A stretch of DNA of 64,000 nucleotides from positions 310,001-374,000 of the forward strand of contig JBLDXI010000036.1 in NCBI GenBank assembly GCA_047495785.1, given 5' to 3'. A program made the position numbers and the translations under genes. Positions 1 to 13,000 of this stretch are shown here, piece by piece. The notes beneath the pieces are model-generated. The model was not told the origin of the DNA, searched no databases, and worked only from the letters and a program-made list of their open reading frames with translations. The DNA comes from Lepidodermella squamata (Eukaryota; Animalia; Gastrotricha). Every line of letters starts with the position of its first letter. The first letter of the stretch is position 1.

Positions 1-2294
1 TGGGCAGTTCACTGATTGCGGATAACACACGATAGCGGATTTCGTCGCATTGCTGACGCATTTTATGTGTTTGCCCTAATAGGATACAATTCTGCCGTTG
101 AGCGAAAATTTCGAAGGTGAAATTCCGAACCTGAATCAACGCTCGGCACGTATCGAACGAATCCACGAGTGAATCAGGCGATAGAACTCGACCGAGCTGA
201 TTGAAAATTATTAAAAATGGCTCGAATTTGAAATAGTATCTTACATCATATTTTCCAGTGCCATTTAGACAGGTTTCGCGACAGGTGCCGCCAGTTGTTG
301 CGTCATAGCACAGTCGAATAAGCTATATTAAGTTCATAAAGGAATCCGAGCGGTAAAAGTAAGCGTAGACTCACCCCTGCCTCACATTCCGCTTTGGTGG
401 GGTAAATCGTAGGACTTAAAGTCTGTAATGTATTATAGATTGGTCAAAGTAAGCCAACTGCCCCAAATAAACTCACGTTACTGCCGTCGCATGGCTGCGG
501 GGCTTGCTTGCAACCTGGGAATGTCAGCCCTGTTGATTCGAAGCAGCGACGATGAGGATACATTGCCGGGGGTGCTGAGAGTTACATTTCACATTTCATT
601 GGAATGACAAATCCACTGGTCAAACTTTACCTGAAGTGCACTCAATCAGAGAGTTGAAGGTAGTACCCGCGATGCTACCGGCCGGGCAAGATGTACCATC
701 CGAAACGAGAATGCATTTCATAAATGTGTATGCGGTTTGATCAACGCAGAGTTGGTGAGGTTTCTATCGAAATTTAAAGGCGTTAACTCATATTTTAGTA
801 AGCAGTTTATTTCAAACCAGCGTTACGAGGCAATCGGCGTAGTTGCTAGCAAAGTCGGTTTTCGAACTGAAAGTCGAAACCTATCGCAACAGAAATCAGT
901 AGCCGGATTAACAAAGTTCAGAACCTACCACTGTCATTGGGCTAGGGCAGTTATTCCGGCAAACGAAACCATTCGACGAGGAGCAAACAGCTGCCGGCTG
1001 TGACCATTGAAAACGTATTCTACATAGAGAAGAATCAGCGCAGTTTTAAACTTACGCCAACAATGCAGTGAGCTTTGTCGATGTATGTTCCAACGCTATA
1101 TGACTGAAATTAAATCATAAAAAATTAATGCCATATATTTTGTCTTGAAAGAATTACTGTATTTGTTCCTATAACAGCCCGGGCTGCTAAAATTTCAACC
1201 TCGAAATTTTGAGAATTGTAAAAAATAGTTGGTGAATCGTTCATTTGTGATGTTATCGAACCGACTTGGCCCCTCAACAGGGATGGGCTAATAGATCAAA
1301 TACGGTACCTGTGTCATATTGGTCGCAATGCAAGGCGTTGATCGACAGCCGAGAAAAGACCGGTCGCTTTGAAGGAAACAGCGATTGTGCGGCAGAAAAT
1401 CGGCGTCATTGCGTTTAACTAAATCAAATGTAATTTTTGAATTTATCAAAAGCCTCAATTTCTTTCAATGTCCAACTTACGATTTTCTTGAGCCATACAA
1501 GAGAGTGTTGTCGACCAATAGCCTACCACATTCTACGAAGAAAATACATACACATTTGATGTTGATAATTTGATAAGAACGAATTTCCTAAAAATAAATG
1601 AAGTGATAAGCCATATTAAGTATTAATTTCGGTTCTATGAATTAATTGCGGTACTTACTCCGCCATTTGGGCAGGAGCCATTGACCGGGATGCAGGTTCG
1701 CTGACCTTTGTCGCAAAGCGTTGCTTGAACATTCTACATGGCAAACTTACCAGTTTTACTCCACAACTTTCAAGGAAATGCTCACCATGAAATTTTTGAT
1801 TGCTGACCTACACAGCTTGTACTGCGTTTCAAAGTTGGTGCCCAGGTATTCAGCATTCTGAGCATAGGAAGAATAAATTACTGAAATTACTGAATTTTTT
1901 AAACCTAACCATAACTTCATCGGCCGATGAACAGCCCAAGTTGCGGGGAATACAACGCATGTTGATTGTTTTGTAGTTGAAGCAGCTTCGAGCCGACTGA
2001 AATTCACCCAAATCAATATCGATTTAGGATGGAAAATCGCATAATCTTACCCCATCGAAGCAACTTGCGGATGACGGCAACGGGAGTCCGAGCTAAAAAA
2101 AACATGTTTCAACGAAAACCGATAATTTCATAGAGAATTTCCCTTGCCTGAACTTCGTCGAGGAGAGAACAGGCCGTTTTACAACCAGTGAAGCTATCAT
2201 TGAGCCGAGAAAAGCAGCGCTTGTAGTCGGCTGAGTAAGCCAAACCAGCTATTCCCAGTAAGAAAATAATGCGGGTAAATGTTAATGTAGCCAT
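1..2294 (-). CDS. Secreted Cys-rich multi-exon protein, paralogue 1 (3' end runs off the window start)
   Basis: Signal peptide MATLTFTRIIFLLGIAGLAYSA followed by DYKRCFSRLNDSFTGCKTAC. Short exons splice to LGLPLPSSASCFDG / SARSCFNYKTINMRCIPRNLGCSSADEVM / NAEYLGTNFETQYKLCRSAIKNFM / NVQATLCDKGQRTCIPVNGSCPNGG / NVVGYWSTTLSCMAQEN. Exon-by-exon match to 7039-13745. Confidence 0.8.
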
Positions 2295-3609
2295 TTATTC
2301 AAAAATCGCTTGAAATGAAAAAATTCACAAATGATGGTGGGCGTTACACTTCTCCTTTAAAAAATTTGAGCACGAGTTTTTATTGCGATCAAAAGATATT
2401 GCTGCCAAATATGAACTGTCGGTGTTTTATCGTAAAATTACAATGCTTGAGATCGTGCGATTTTGAAAATATGGCGCAAAAATCTAAAACATGTGCTTTT
2501 GATTACGCAACGGTCTATTATTGGCTGGGACGAGGTCGCGCCCCTGTTCCTGACCGCACATGCACTCAGGAGAGATAGTGGCCAACACATTGATTTCACC
2601 TAGTTTCTACGCCACAGCAAAAAATGAACTGTCCACTTTTTATCGCTGAATCGCAAGATCGTGTGACCTTGAGTGCAAACAGCTCTAATAAAATGTAAAA
2701 CTGGTCATTTTTTTAGCCATGGTAAAACTGGGACGAGGTCACGAACCAGTTTCTGACCACATGCACTCAGCCCAGCTGGTAGCCAACACATTGATTTGCG
2801 TAATTTTTCATGTGCGAATTATTTTGCGCAAGTATGGAGGCTTTGTGGCGATGAATCATCGTTGTTCGTTCGCAGAAAACGCTAAACAAAATTCAAAATA
2901 AATTGTTTTCAACTTATTTGGATCTGGAACCCTCATATTTTAATCGCTACGAATTTTCGAAATAAATTCACCTTCATAAACAATTTGAAATTTTTAGCGT
3001 TGTCTGAGAACGAACGACGATGATTCATCGCCACAAAGCCTCTCGGATTTCAAAACTTGCGCAAAATCGCTCTTACATGAAAAATTACGCAACTCTGTTT
3101 TTCAGTAATAATTTATTAACACTATTTCAAAATAAATTGTTTTTAAAGGCGAATTTATTTCGAAAATTTGTAGCGATCAAAATATGAGGGTCCCAGATCT
3201 AAATCAGGTGTCAAAACGGTTTTTACTGCAGGAAGATGAGATAATCCCCTGCCATGTGGCGCCCTTAGCGTTACATTTTTCTGATAGCGAGTGAGCACTT
3301 TATCGTCCCTTTGGACGCTGCTGAAAGCGTCAAGTGCTAAGTGGAATGTTTCAGTTCTTTGGCTTTAGGGTTAACAGCGAGCAGCGAGACGCGCTTCAAA
3401 CTTTCACTCCTCTGAGATTTCGCTTGATTTTATTTTAAGGCTTCTAGATTGCAATCAGGACTGAGTTCACGCCTAAAAATGCCCTTTAAAACAATGATTC
3501 GTGTCTCCTTCAAGGTTTTTTCAGTTAATGGTTACAGCCAAAAATTGAGTAATTTTCTTTTGTTATTAGCTCACTTGGAAGATCCAATAACTATTTGGGG
3601 AACATATTT

Positions 3610-4920
3610 TTACTCATCGACTAAAATATCTGGCAGCGGATAACCGAGTAGTTTATAATCAACCTCATAATATTTCATCATAACACGGCGTAGCAAATCA
3701 GCCGGAACATCTTTTAAATACTGCTTATTCTCATCAGAAAAGCGTTTTTTCGGTTCAGGTAACAACGGCACATGTTGGCTGCCAGTGAGGCGTTTCGCAG
3801 CGTAGCGCATGTCACAGTTGAAGTCATCCATCGAGCCGATAAAATCGTAATCGAACGCGCAGAAGTGGCACGTCCTGTGCTGCGGCAGCCAGTGCGGATC
3901 GGTGACTAGAATCGCGTCTTCGATCATTGCCGGTATTTCGGTCTCGTCCAGATAGCGTAGGAAATCGGTCAGTGATATTGGACCAGCTTTGAAAACTTGA
4001 TCCATCGTTGCGTTGGGGTGAAAATGACGGAATATCTTCGAACGCGATACCTATTAAGAAAATAAATAAGAACATAAAAGAATGTTGTGCCTGATTTCAA
4101 TTTTTTAAATTTCAGAAAATTAAATTTATTAAATTTTGAAAGCCATTTTTCAGATTCGCAAGTAAAAGGAAACCAAACATTTGCAACCAGAAAAATGAAA
4201 AAGTTTCTCACCAGTGTATTGTTAACCGCTGAGTAAATTCGATTGCGCCAAGCCGATAGAAATCGCTCGAGTGGCTCGCGGATGAAAACGAATTTGAAGT
4301 AGCTATCAAGAACCTGTTTCCGCTCACCTCGAGTGTAGTTATCCAAAGGTCGTAGGAATTCATAAGGGAAACTTGGGTGAAACACCTTGACCATAGATTT
4401 CTCTTCGTAAATATAACCCGGTTCGTCACTCGAAGCGTTCGACATCAGGCTGACGAGGTAATTCCGAATATTTGCATTGCCAACCTTTCGAGTTCTAATG
4501 AAATTCAACAAAATTCAGCGAAAATTATGAAAAAAATTAAAAACTGACGCGCAGTAAATTCCATTCAACTTTTGGCTAGCCAAAATATTTCTCCAGATGA
4601 ATTTGCGATCACATTCGAGAATGTAAGGGCTAAAGGTTTCGCCTCTGTTGTAGACAGATTGGCAAATTTTCTTCATAAGGGCCAGCCTTTCATTAGATCG
4701 CCGTAAAATAGCGTCATCAGACTAGATAAAAGTGATTGATTTATTAAAATTAAACAGAAAAAGCTCGCTGAATAATTACCGGGCAATTGTCTGCTTTTAG
4801 AGGTTGATGAAAGCTCAATTCCTCGTTATTCTGTACTTTAAGAATTATGCATAAGGTGACTAAAATTGACAGGCCAATAAATGCTAAATATTTCTTCAGC
4901 CTTCTCACAACAAGAAGCAT
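3610..4920 (-). CDS. Golgi-type carbohydrate sulfotransferase (Sulfotransfer_2 / CHST-like), 4 exons
   Basis: N-terminal TM anchor (MLLVVRRLKKYLAFIGLSILVTLCIIL). 5'-PSB-like YCATRKVG spans an intron; 3'-PB FKFVFIREPLERFLSAW; DPHWLPQHRTCHFCAFDYDFIG; C-terminal YEVDYKLLGYP. GT-AG introns keep the frame; the last exon is 4050-3610. Confidence 0.9.
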
Positions 4921-5323
4921 TTTTCGTAAATAAATAGTGGAAATAATATTTTTTTCACTATTTTACGATTATTTCCAAGCGCACGTGCCGTTGTAAATAG
5001 TAAATTTATGAATGAATGCTCGTAACATTGCGCCGAATAAAATTGATTCCGATTTCCTATTTTCGATATCCTTCATCAATTTTATAATGAATAAATGTGT
5101 AGACAATTTCTTTATTGTCTTCAGGAATTTCATGAGCCAGATAAGTGTCGGATATTAATCTAGCGGCGATGTCGCACTTCAGACTTTCTACTGGAGGCGA
5201 TGACATACCGACCGGATACGTACTTTAAATGAGAGAAGAACAATGCCTGTGAAAACTACGGCAACAGCTTATACACGTGGCTGGCAAAACAAAACACGTT
5301 TATTTAACTCTCGGCATTTATGA

Positions 5324-6855
5324 ATGAATTTAAAGCGAATAACATCTCGCTTTATTCTCATACTATCTATTGTGCTCAACATTTTACTATTGCTAGCATT
5401 TATTCAACCGAGTCGGAAATTTAAAATCTACTCGAATAATGGCAGCAATTTCACGAATTTTACTACAACCGGAATCGATTGGATCGACAAATTTCTTCGA
5501 GCCAGTCCGAAAGATTCTTTAAGAATTTTCATGCCGGAAAATAGGACAAATTTTGGCTTGGCAGCGGACGAAAAATGCGGCCTCGTTACTGGTAATCGAA
5601 TCATCCTGACTTTTGGCTCGCACGGTCCTTACCTGGAACAGGCCGAGGCTCATTGCTCAATAGCTGTCGGAATTCGAGGAATTGATGCTTGTGTTGTAGC
5701 AAATTCGAAAATCATGGATGAGAGCTTCCGGTCTCGGAATCAGGAGAAAATACTGAGCGCAAAACGAGGAGCTGGCTATTGGCTGTGGAAGCCGTATTTA
5801 ATTTTCAAGTTTCTGGTCGAATTGCCCGAGGAAGATCAACTGTTGTACATGGATGGCGACAAAGTGCTAGTCAGAAATTTGGAAGAATTCACCTGTCTTC
5901 AAGTAAGTAAAATCTAAATTTTAGGGGAATTTTCAATATGCACACGGATCCACATTTTGATTCTCGTGGCTTGATAACACTTGTCGGATATTTCTTGCGG
6001 GTCAAGATTTATTACAATAATTCTGCATAAATCACCAGTAAATTCGGCGAAAAAATTCTGTATAAGACGGAGTGATCTATTCAGATCTCATGCTTCGGCT
6101 AAAATTCGGGGAATTATTCAAAAATTAAATCTAGGTGTATTTCGACTTTGGTTCCGCAATATGTAAAGTTGCTACTGTAAATTCGGTTCCGCTTTCGGCT
6201 AAAGGATATTTCGATTTTCATTATTTGGAAGGCGAAATAAATAAGGGAAATAAATTCAGAGAAATATGAAAATTTTGATAATTTCTTCTTTACATAATGA
6301 ATTGTCTTTTTCTAAAATAAATTGTCTCATTAGTGACTTTGTTTGCTCTAATTTTTATAGGCTGAGTTGTGGCAGCCTGTTGTACTATTTTACCAAGAAT
6401 ATATCGATCAGTTGTGGACGAAGGCTGATGCGTATTTTCTGATGAATGTCGAAACTCTACTGCCTAGAATCGCCGAAACAATGCAAGTCTACGGCGCGTA
6501 TCTTATGCTTCGAAAATCACAGGAGTCTCTGCGATTCATCTCAGAATGGCTGGCCTACGCACAGGATGAGCGGCTCATCGACGATCTGCCAAGCTTCACG
6601 AGGCAGGAATTGCCTGACTTTGTCGAGCATCGCCATGATCAATCGATCCTCAGCCTGTTGTCGAAAAAGTGGAACCTAACAACATGGCCGAGTCCTGAAG
6701 CGGTTTATTTTGAAGAAATTCCGCAAGATAAGGATAGAAACGGAGCTGTTGTGACAAGCTACAACCCGCTAGATTTTGAAAAGTTGAAAACTTCAGGATT
6801 CACTGTTCCGACCGAAGGACAGCTTATCCGACAGGGTCAGATGATAAGAATTTGA
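5324..6855 (+). CDS. Type II membrane glycosyltransferase-like protein, copy 1 (exons 5324-5902, 6361-6855; about 357 aa)
   Basis: Short cytoplasmic tail, TM, stem; RGAGYWLWKPY, DxD (YMDGD), HRHDQSILSLL. Phase-0 GT-AG intron. Confidence 0.85.
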
Positions 6856-7038
6856 AGGAAGTCGCAAACATTCAGCCAAATTCAGATGTTTTATTCTAAA
6901 ATGTCTGCCATCATTGAAATTTTATCATTTCGTTGAAATCGCATCTTTGATCGAATAAATATATTTGCAGATAATCGCAAATTCGAATCATCACATCATC
7001 AGTTTATAGTCCGTTATGCTATTCTGTCTGTGCAGACA

Positions 7039-10000
7039 TCAGAACGTCTCACAGGTAATACTGTTCGTAACTGAATTGTAGCAACCCGCTCCTTCCAGCT
7101 TGCAGATAGAAGCCGTTGAATCGAAGTAGAAAACGGCACAGTGAAGTTGGGCGGGGTAACTGAACCAATCTTCCTCGACAACGGTGTACAGCGTTCCATC
7201 CCACCACGCCGCGCCATTTCCAAAGTTAGACATTCCCACCCATGAGCGAGTAACGCCTTTGTCAACGCTCAGCTGCCTCGCTTTAGCCATGTCGGCACTT
7301 GTTTTCGGCATCGAAATACGACCATTATTATTGGAACATAATGGAATAGCCATCGTTATCATCATTGGCACTTCACCTTGCGCAATGAAGAACTGCTTGG
7401 AAGCATTCTGACAGCTTGATGAGCTGAGGAACACAGTCTTAGGTGGGAAGCGATTAGCTGTTATCGAGCACCCCCCGGCGTTGCTCAACTGGCAGTTGAC
7501 GGATCCATCGGCCTCTTCGCAACGGTGATAGCTGCAAAAATAAGGACCTTATCAATGTTGGAAACATTTTTCATATAATTAAAAAAAGGATGCAAAAGGG
7601 TTGCTGTTTGTCCCTACAGGGCTCGAAGGTAGGGGCTCGAAGCCTTAAACTTTAAAATCAAGGGGTACTCTTATGTTTTCATCTCCCGCCCCTTGGGAAA
7701 CTTGGGCGATGTAAGGGGGGACCCTTTCGGTAAAATTCCCATCTTCTACACTGGTTTAAATGAAAAACGGGGTTCCGAAACCGCAGTCAATTTTTTGGGG
7801 GTTTTGGGGAAGTGCAAGAGCCCAAAAAACGAACTTTGTAAAAACCTAAGACTCGAACTACGCTAACCCTAAACCTAACCCGAACACTGACCCGAACCCT
7901 AACCCCTATACCTAATTCCAAGTCATCTTTTGGCTAAAAAAACACGATTTTATGAAAAGAATATGTATGAAAGGTAATTTTGTCATACATAAATATGTAT
8001 GAAAGAACACTTCGTTAGAAAAATTTGATTCTATCTGACCTCAACCCAGGCGAGAAATGTAGAATAATTCCTAAAATACTGACAACTTCCACGTGTGAAT
8101 TCTGGAAAAATTCGTTTTTAACTCACCCTTTTTTGCAAACTTCGAAGTTGTTGAATATTTGACCGTTATTCCACGGTATCTATTGTCAAAAAATGACAGT
8201 CATTTATATCGGAGGATAGAAACAATTTCTACCGTGTCATTTGGGCAATTCGATGTCCGCGGGACGCAAACTAGAGAACGTTTCATTGCGCCATCAACGC
8301 ATTTGATATGCTTGCCCTGTCGGAAAAAAATAACGTAAATGAGTAATTTCCGAAATCAGTTACTCACCTGAATCAAGGTTCGGCAAATATTGAATGATTC
8401 AGCCAGAGAGCCAGACGATCCTACGATACGCCCAAGCTAACAACGAACTATATTAGAACCGGCTCAAATTTCAGATATTTGAATAAACTTACATCAAATT
8501 GTCCATATCTATTAAGGCATGTTTCGAGGCATGTGCCACCGCTTTCCGAATCGTAGCACATTTGAATACCCTATTCTCAGCCAAATAAAGCATGCACTTG
8601 ATTCTTCAACTAAATCAAGAACTTACTCCAGCCTCGCAAGCTGCTTTCGTAGGATAGACAGTCGTACCAAGCGTCTATAGGAAGAAAACTTGACTTCTTG
8701 AATCTTGAGCTTGAAAAACTCACATCGGTTCCGTCGCATTTTTGCGGGGCTTGTTTGCAGCCTGAGAAATACAGCCCTGATGTATCGAAGCAACGGCGGT
8801 GGGGATACATGGCAGGAGGGGCTATAGGAGTTACTGATAACCTTTTGACTTCAAAATATTCTCAACTCACCATTAATGCACTCGTTCAGGAAATTGATAG
8901 TCGCCCCAGCAACCGCGCCTGCTGGACACGATGCGCCACTTGAAACAGGAATGCAACTCACGAAAGTGAAAGATGATTTAGCGACGCAGAGCGTGTGTGG
9001 ATTCTACGAAGTTACATAGCGTTAAAGCGGTCAGTGGCTCAATGTGAAAAACCTGGGATGCTGGGAGACAGTCGGCGTAGTTGCTCGTGAAGTCGGGCTT
9101 CGAGATGAATGTAGAAACCTTGGGGAGTAGGAGAATTTTTGTAGAAAATATCCTGACCATTATTTAAAATTTAAATTCGTACCAGAGACATTGGAGACGG
9201 GCAGTTGTTGCGGCATACTAGGCCATTCGATGAGGAGCAAAGCGCTGCGGGCTGTGGTTCAAGAGATTCAAATGAAGATATCTGAATCGGAAAAATCAAA
9301 CTAACGCCATTGAGGCAGTGAGTTTTGTCCATGTAGGAGCCATCACTGTAGGACTAACAATCGACTTTCAAAATGAGAGGTGCGTTAGTGAATGATAGCC
9401 CACCTGCGTCGATGAGGTCGAATTGCATGGAGCTGATTGGCAGCCGACAAAGGACCGGTCAGTTTTGAGAAAGCATCGATAATGCGGCAGGAAATCAGCT
9501 TCATTGCGTACGACTAAAAAGATGGAGAAGTGAGAAGAAATTGAAGGTGTTCAAGATTCATTCAAGAGCGTTTAGAGCGGGGCTGCTAATTGCTCAACAT
9601 TGCAAAGTATAACGACTCACGTTGTTCCTGGGCCATGCAAGATAGCGTTGTAGAAAACCGGCGCACCAAATTCTACGAATAGGTAAACATTTTACTTGAA
9701 TTGGAAATGTTCACTCCCAACTACTCCCAAGACATTTTCAATTTAAAAAGGGGGTGTGCAGTTTGGAAAGTTTATACCTATTTCAAGAGTTTTACAAAAA
9801 TTTAAAATGTTAACAACTTTACACTAATTTAAAAGTATACACTAATATAAACTTAATTGAATCAATTTTTTGAATTAATTTTTTGAAAATATTCACATAA
9901 ATTAACAATTAATTTTTTGAAATTATTCAAATTCAAAAATCAGCGTTTACACGCGGAGATTCATTGCTTAAGCATGGGGCGTTCGTTCGTTCTCGGAGAA

Positions 10001-13000
10001 CTGGCGGAGAAACAGGTTGGGAAGTGGATATCGACGATTCAGACGTTGACGATGAAGATGAGCGTGGTTTCTTGCGTTTTTTTTCCTGCTTTTTGCCTCG
10101 ACCTTTGCCAGCGCCACGAAACTGCGAGCGACTGCCTCGAGGCCGTCCACGGGAGTTGACGATGCGATGGAAATTGAAATTTAAACTCGATCGCTCCCGA
10201 GAGCCATCTTGGACGAACAAATTAGAAATGTCTTCTTCCGGTTGGTTTTCGGCGCAATTTTCGCTGTCGACGACGACGCCGTCGTCCCATGTAGTCACGT
10301 TGACCATGTCACCTTTGCAAACTATGGAGTCGAACTTTTCCAGCTGCTTCAGGTATTGGCTAAACATTTTTTCTCCATGTTGCGCCATGTTGTTCGATAA
10401 CCGCGTCGCTGTTTTCATCGCTTCGGAGTACTTCTGCTGGGATGATTTTGCAGCATCTTTGGAAGACGGGCTGTTGAAGTTTGCCAGTTCGTAATGGAAA
10501 TCGCCACCGGGGCCGCTGAAGGCACTGTTTATCGTGCTGTTAGCGGGATCTTCAAACAAAGCTTCGCTCAGGATGTATCGCTTTGCAAAGCAGGCCACGT
10601 CAAACAGCGGCAATTGCAACTTTTGCCTTAGTGCCAAAACATGGTGGCATGGTAGTTTCATCTGTCGATATCGTGTACAAGAGCAGTTGTCGTCAAAAGT
10701 TTGATAACGTCGTTCGCCTCGGTTAGACTTGACCCTGACATCACCAATCTTCAAGTTTATGAATTCAACGGCTTGCATCGACTTCAAAGACTTAAAAAAT
10801 TCGCGGACTCCAAGGTCGCCGAGAGAGAAGGAAGCAGCGTTTAAGCAAGATTCGTATTCTGGGCAAACGAGCTGAATTCGTTTGTTGCAATTTTCTTGAT
10901 TCTTCGGTTGCTTATCCGCCAATTTCACAATGGCCGGAATCGCCTTCGCTAACTTGGGACGCTTGCCAATCGTCGCATTAATGGCAACCTTGAAATGCGA
11001 GAAGGTTCCTTCGCCTCGATTAGTGGTGTTGTCCCCCATCGTCTCAAGATGCTTCCTTCTGTGAAATGCCCACGCGTCGACGCAGTTGCCCCAGTTGCGA
11101 TCATAATAATCCAAAAGTGATTCCGGCTCCTTCTTTTGCGGCAGATGAACCGTCAAATTAGCAATGGACTTGCGAAATGTTTGCTGATGTGCTAGAAACG
11201 ACTTATCATCCGGGTCACGGATCATTTCCACCAATGACTCCAGCAGCTTAGTCTTCGTGTCAGGAGTGGCGTTGACCCTTACCAGAACACTGCGCCAATA
11301 CTTGCGGACATGCCAGAAACACAGCAAAACCGTGGCATTGGGGAAAATTCGCTTCAGCATCTCGATTTGCGCGAGATCCTTATCGACCAGAAAAACACGA
11401 GGATAGTGGTGCCTGTTACGTACAAAATGTTATTTTGTTCATATTGGAGAAAAACGACTTTTTGTAATGTTCCAGCACGAATTCAACGTTTTCGTCCGTC
11501 TCCGTGGCCAGGATTGAAATCGCAGCGATCGCAGTCTTGCCTGTCAATCCGTCCTGGGTGGTAAACAATAGCAACTTGTATCCTTCCAAATTTGTGCCAA
11601 ATGTAGTGTCAACAACGACGGCGGGTGGATCTTGTTGTTGCAGACGAGCTTTCATTGGATTCGTTTGTAAAAACATGGCCTCCACCTTGTTACCATCACC
11701 CTTGCGAATCTCAACGGTTCCACCTTTCTCTGTAACGGAAAATTACAATTAGGGAGTCGTTAAACTTATAGAAGACGTCATAAAATACCTTCGACATCTG
11801 TTAAAAATTCAGTTAGAGCTGCGTCAAGAACTTCAGGATCAGATACGGTGAGTCTCAAGTTCTGTATCTGTCGCGATGTGATGTTTTTCCCTGATATATT
11901 TCACCGAAATAAGATACCATGGCACATGGCAGAAAACTATACCTGTCTGATTACTAGCGATCTCTGCTAGGACACTTGGCCTTATATAAGCCGCCGTGCT
12001 CAGTTCAACTAGGCGCTTCTTCTCGTCTTCACTTAGGCGATTTACCTGAGAATAAGCATCATAGATTTCCTTGGAAATTTTGTGACCTTTATGGACACAT
12101 GTTGCTTTTGACAGTTTCCAAGCATCCAACTTCACTGAGTAGCCAAAGCTCAGCCTGAAAGGGCAATTGGTGAAGAAGGTGTGTGTGATATGCCGTTTAC
12201 GTTTCCCCTTCTTTTTTCTGTCGTTAACAATGCCGTGAATGCATTCCCAAATGGTTTGAATGCTAGAAGACGATCGCTTTGACAAAACGACATGGTGCTC
12301 TTTAGCCCAGGCTTCCACGTGGCTTTCTACATCTCCTAGGCATTTATACGGACTTTTGTCAGGAAATTCAGTGATAATGTCTTCCATCATATGAGAATCG
12401 AATTACAAAGAAATGCTCCTAATTTTATAGGTATAAAGTAATTCAAGACAAGAACATTCATAAGCGTAAAATACGAAGAATTCCGGGCGTCCCACTTAAA
12501 TAACAACTGTTATAGAAGTGAAATCCGGCCCCTCACCTAGCAGGCTCGCTAAGTGAGGGGGCGCAGTGAGCACTGCAAATACAAGCATTAATATTTCTCT
12601 TACTATTTTTCGTGTACTGATATGTATACTGACATGTGATATTGATTTCTTCATTTGACCTTGGCACGAAATATGTTCGCAAAAAATGGTTTGGCGCTAA
12701 ATTCAAGCTTCTCATAGACGACATCACTCGTACGCCTTTATGTGACAATAATAATTGAGTAAGATACGAATATAGCCAATTTTGTGTACATAGATCTACC
12801 CCAAATGTGTAAATTGAGGCTCAGTATGTGCGTCAGCTCATGATTAACTTTAAAAATATTTTTAAATCATGTAAAACATCAAGTTTTAGCGTAAAAATAA
12901 TAAATAGAAAATTATGTACAAAAAGGGAAAATATACCACATAATTATGTACAAATAGGGAAAATATACCACATAATTATGTACAAATAGGGAAAATATAC

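Noticed and set aside
5324-6855. Bacterial contamination or operon, given the bacterial-looking GT motifs
   Set aside because: Conserved spliceosomal introns, Golgi-type anchors and eukaryotic TEs throughout the window.
7855-7915. Telomere-like CCCTAA repeats (also 22585-22640)
   Set aside because: Short, degenerate and intronic or intergenic; typical low-complexity TE-associated sequence.
9964-10494. 176-aa + strand ORF
   Set aside because: Antisense shadow of the MULE transposase C-terminus.
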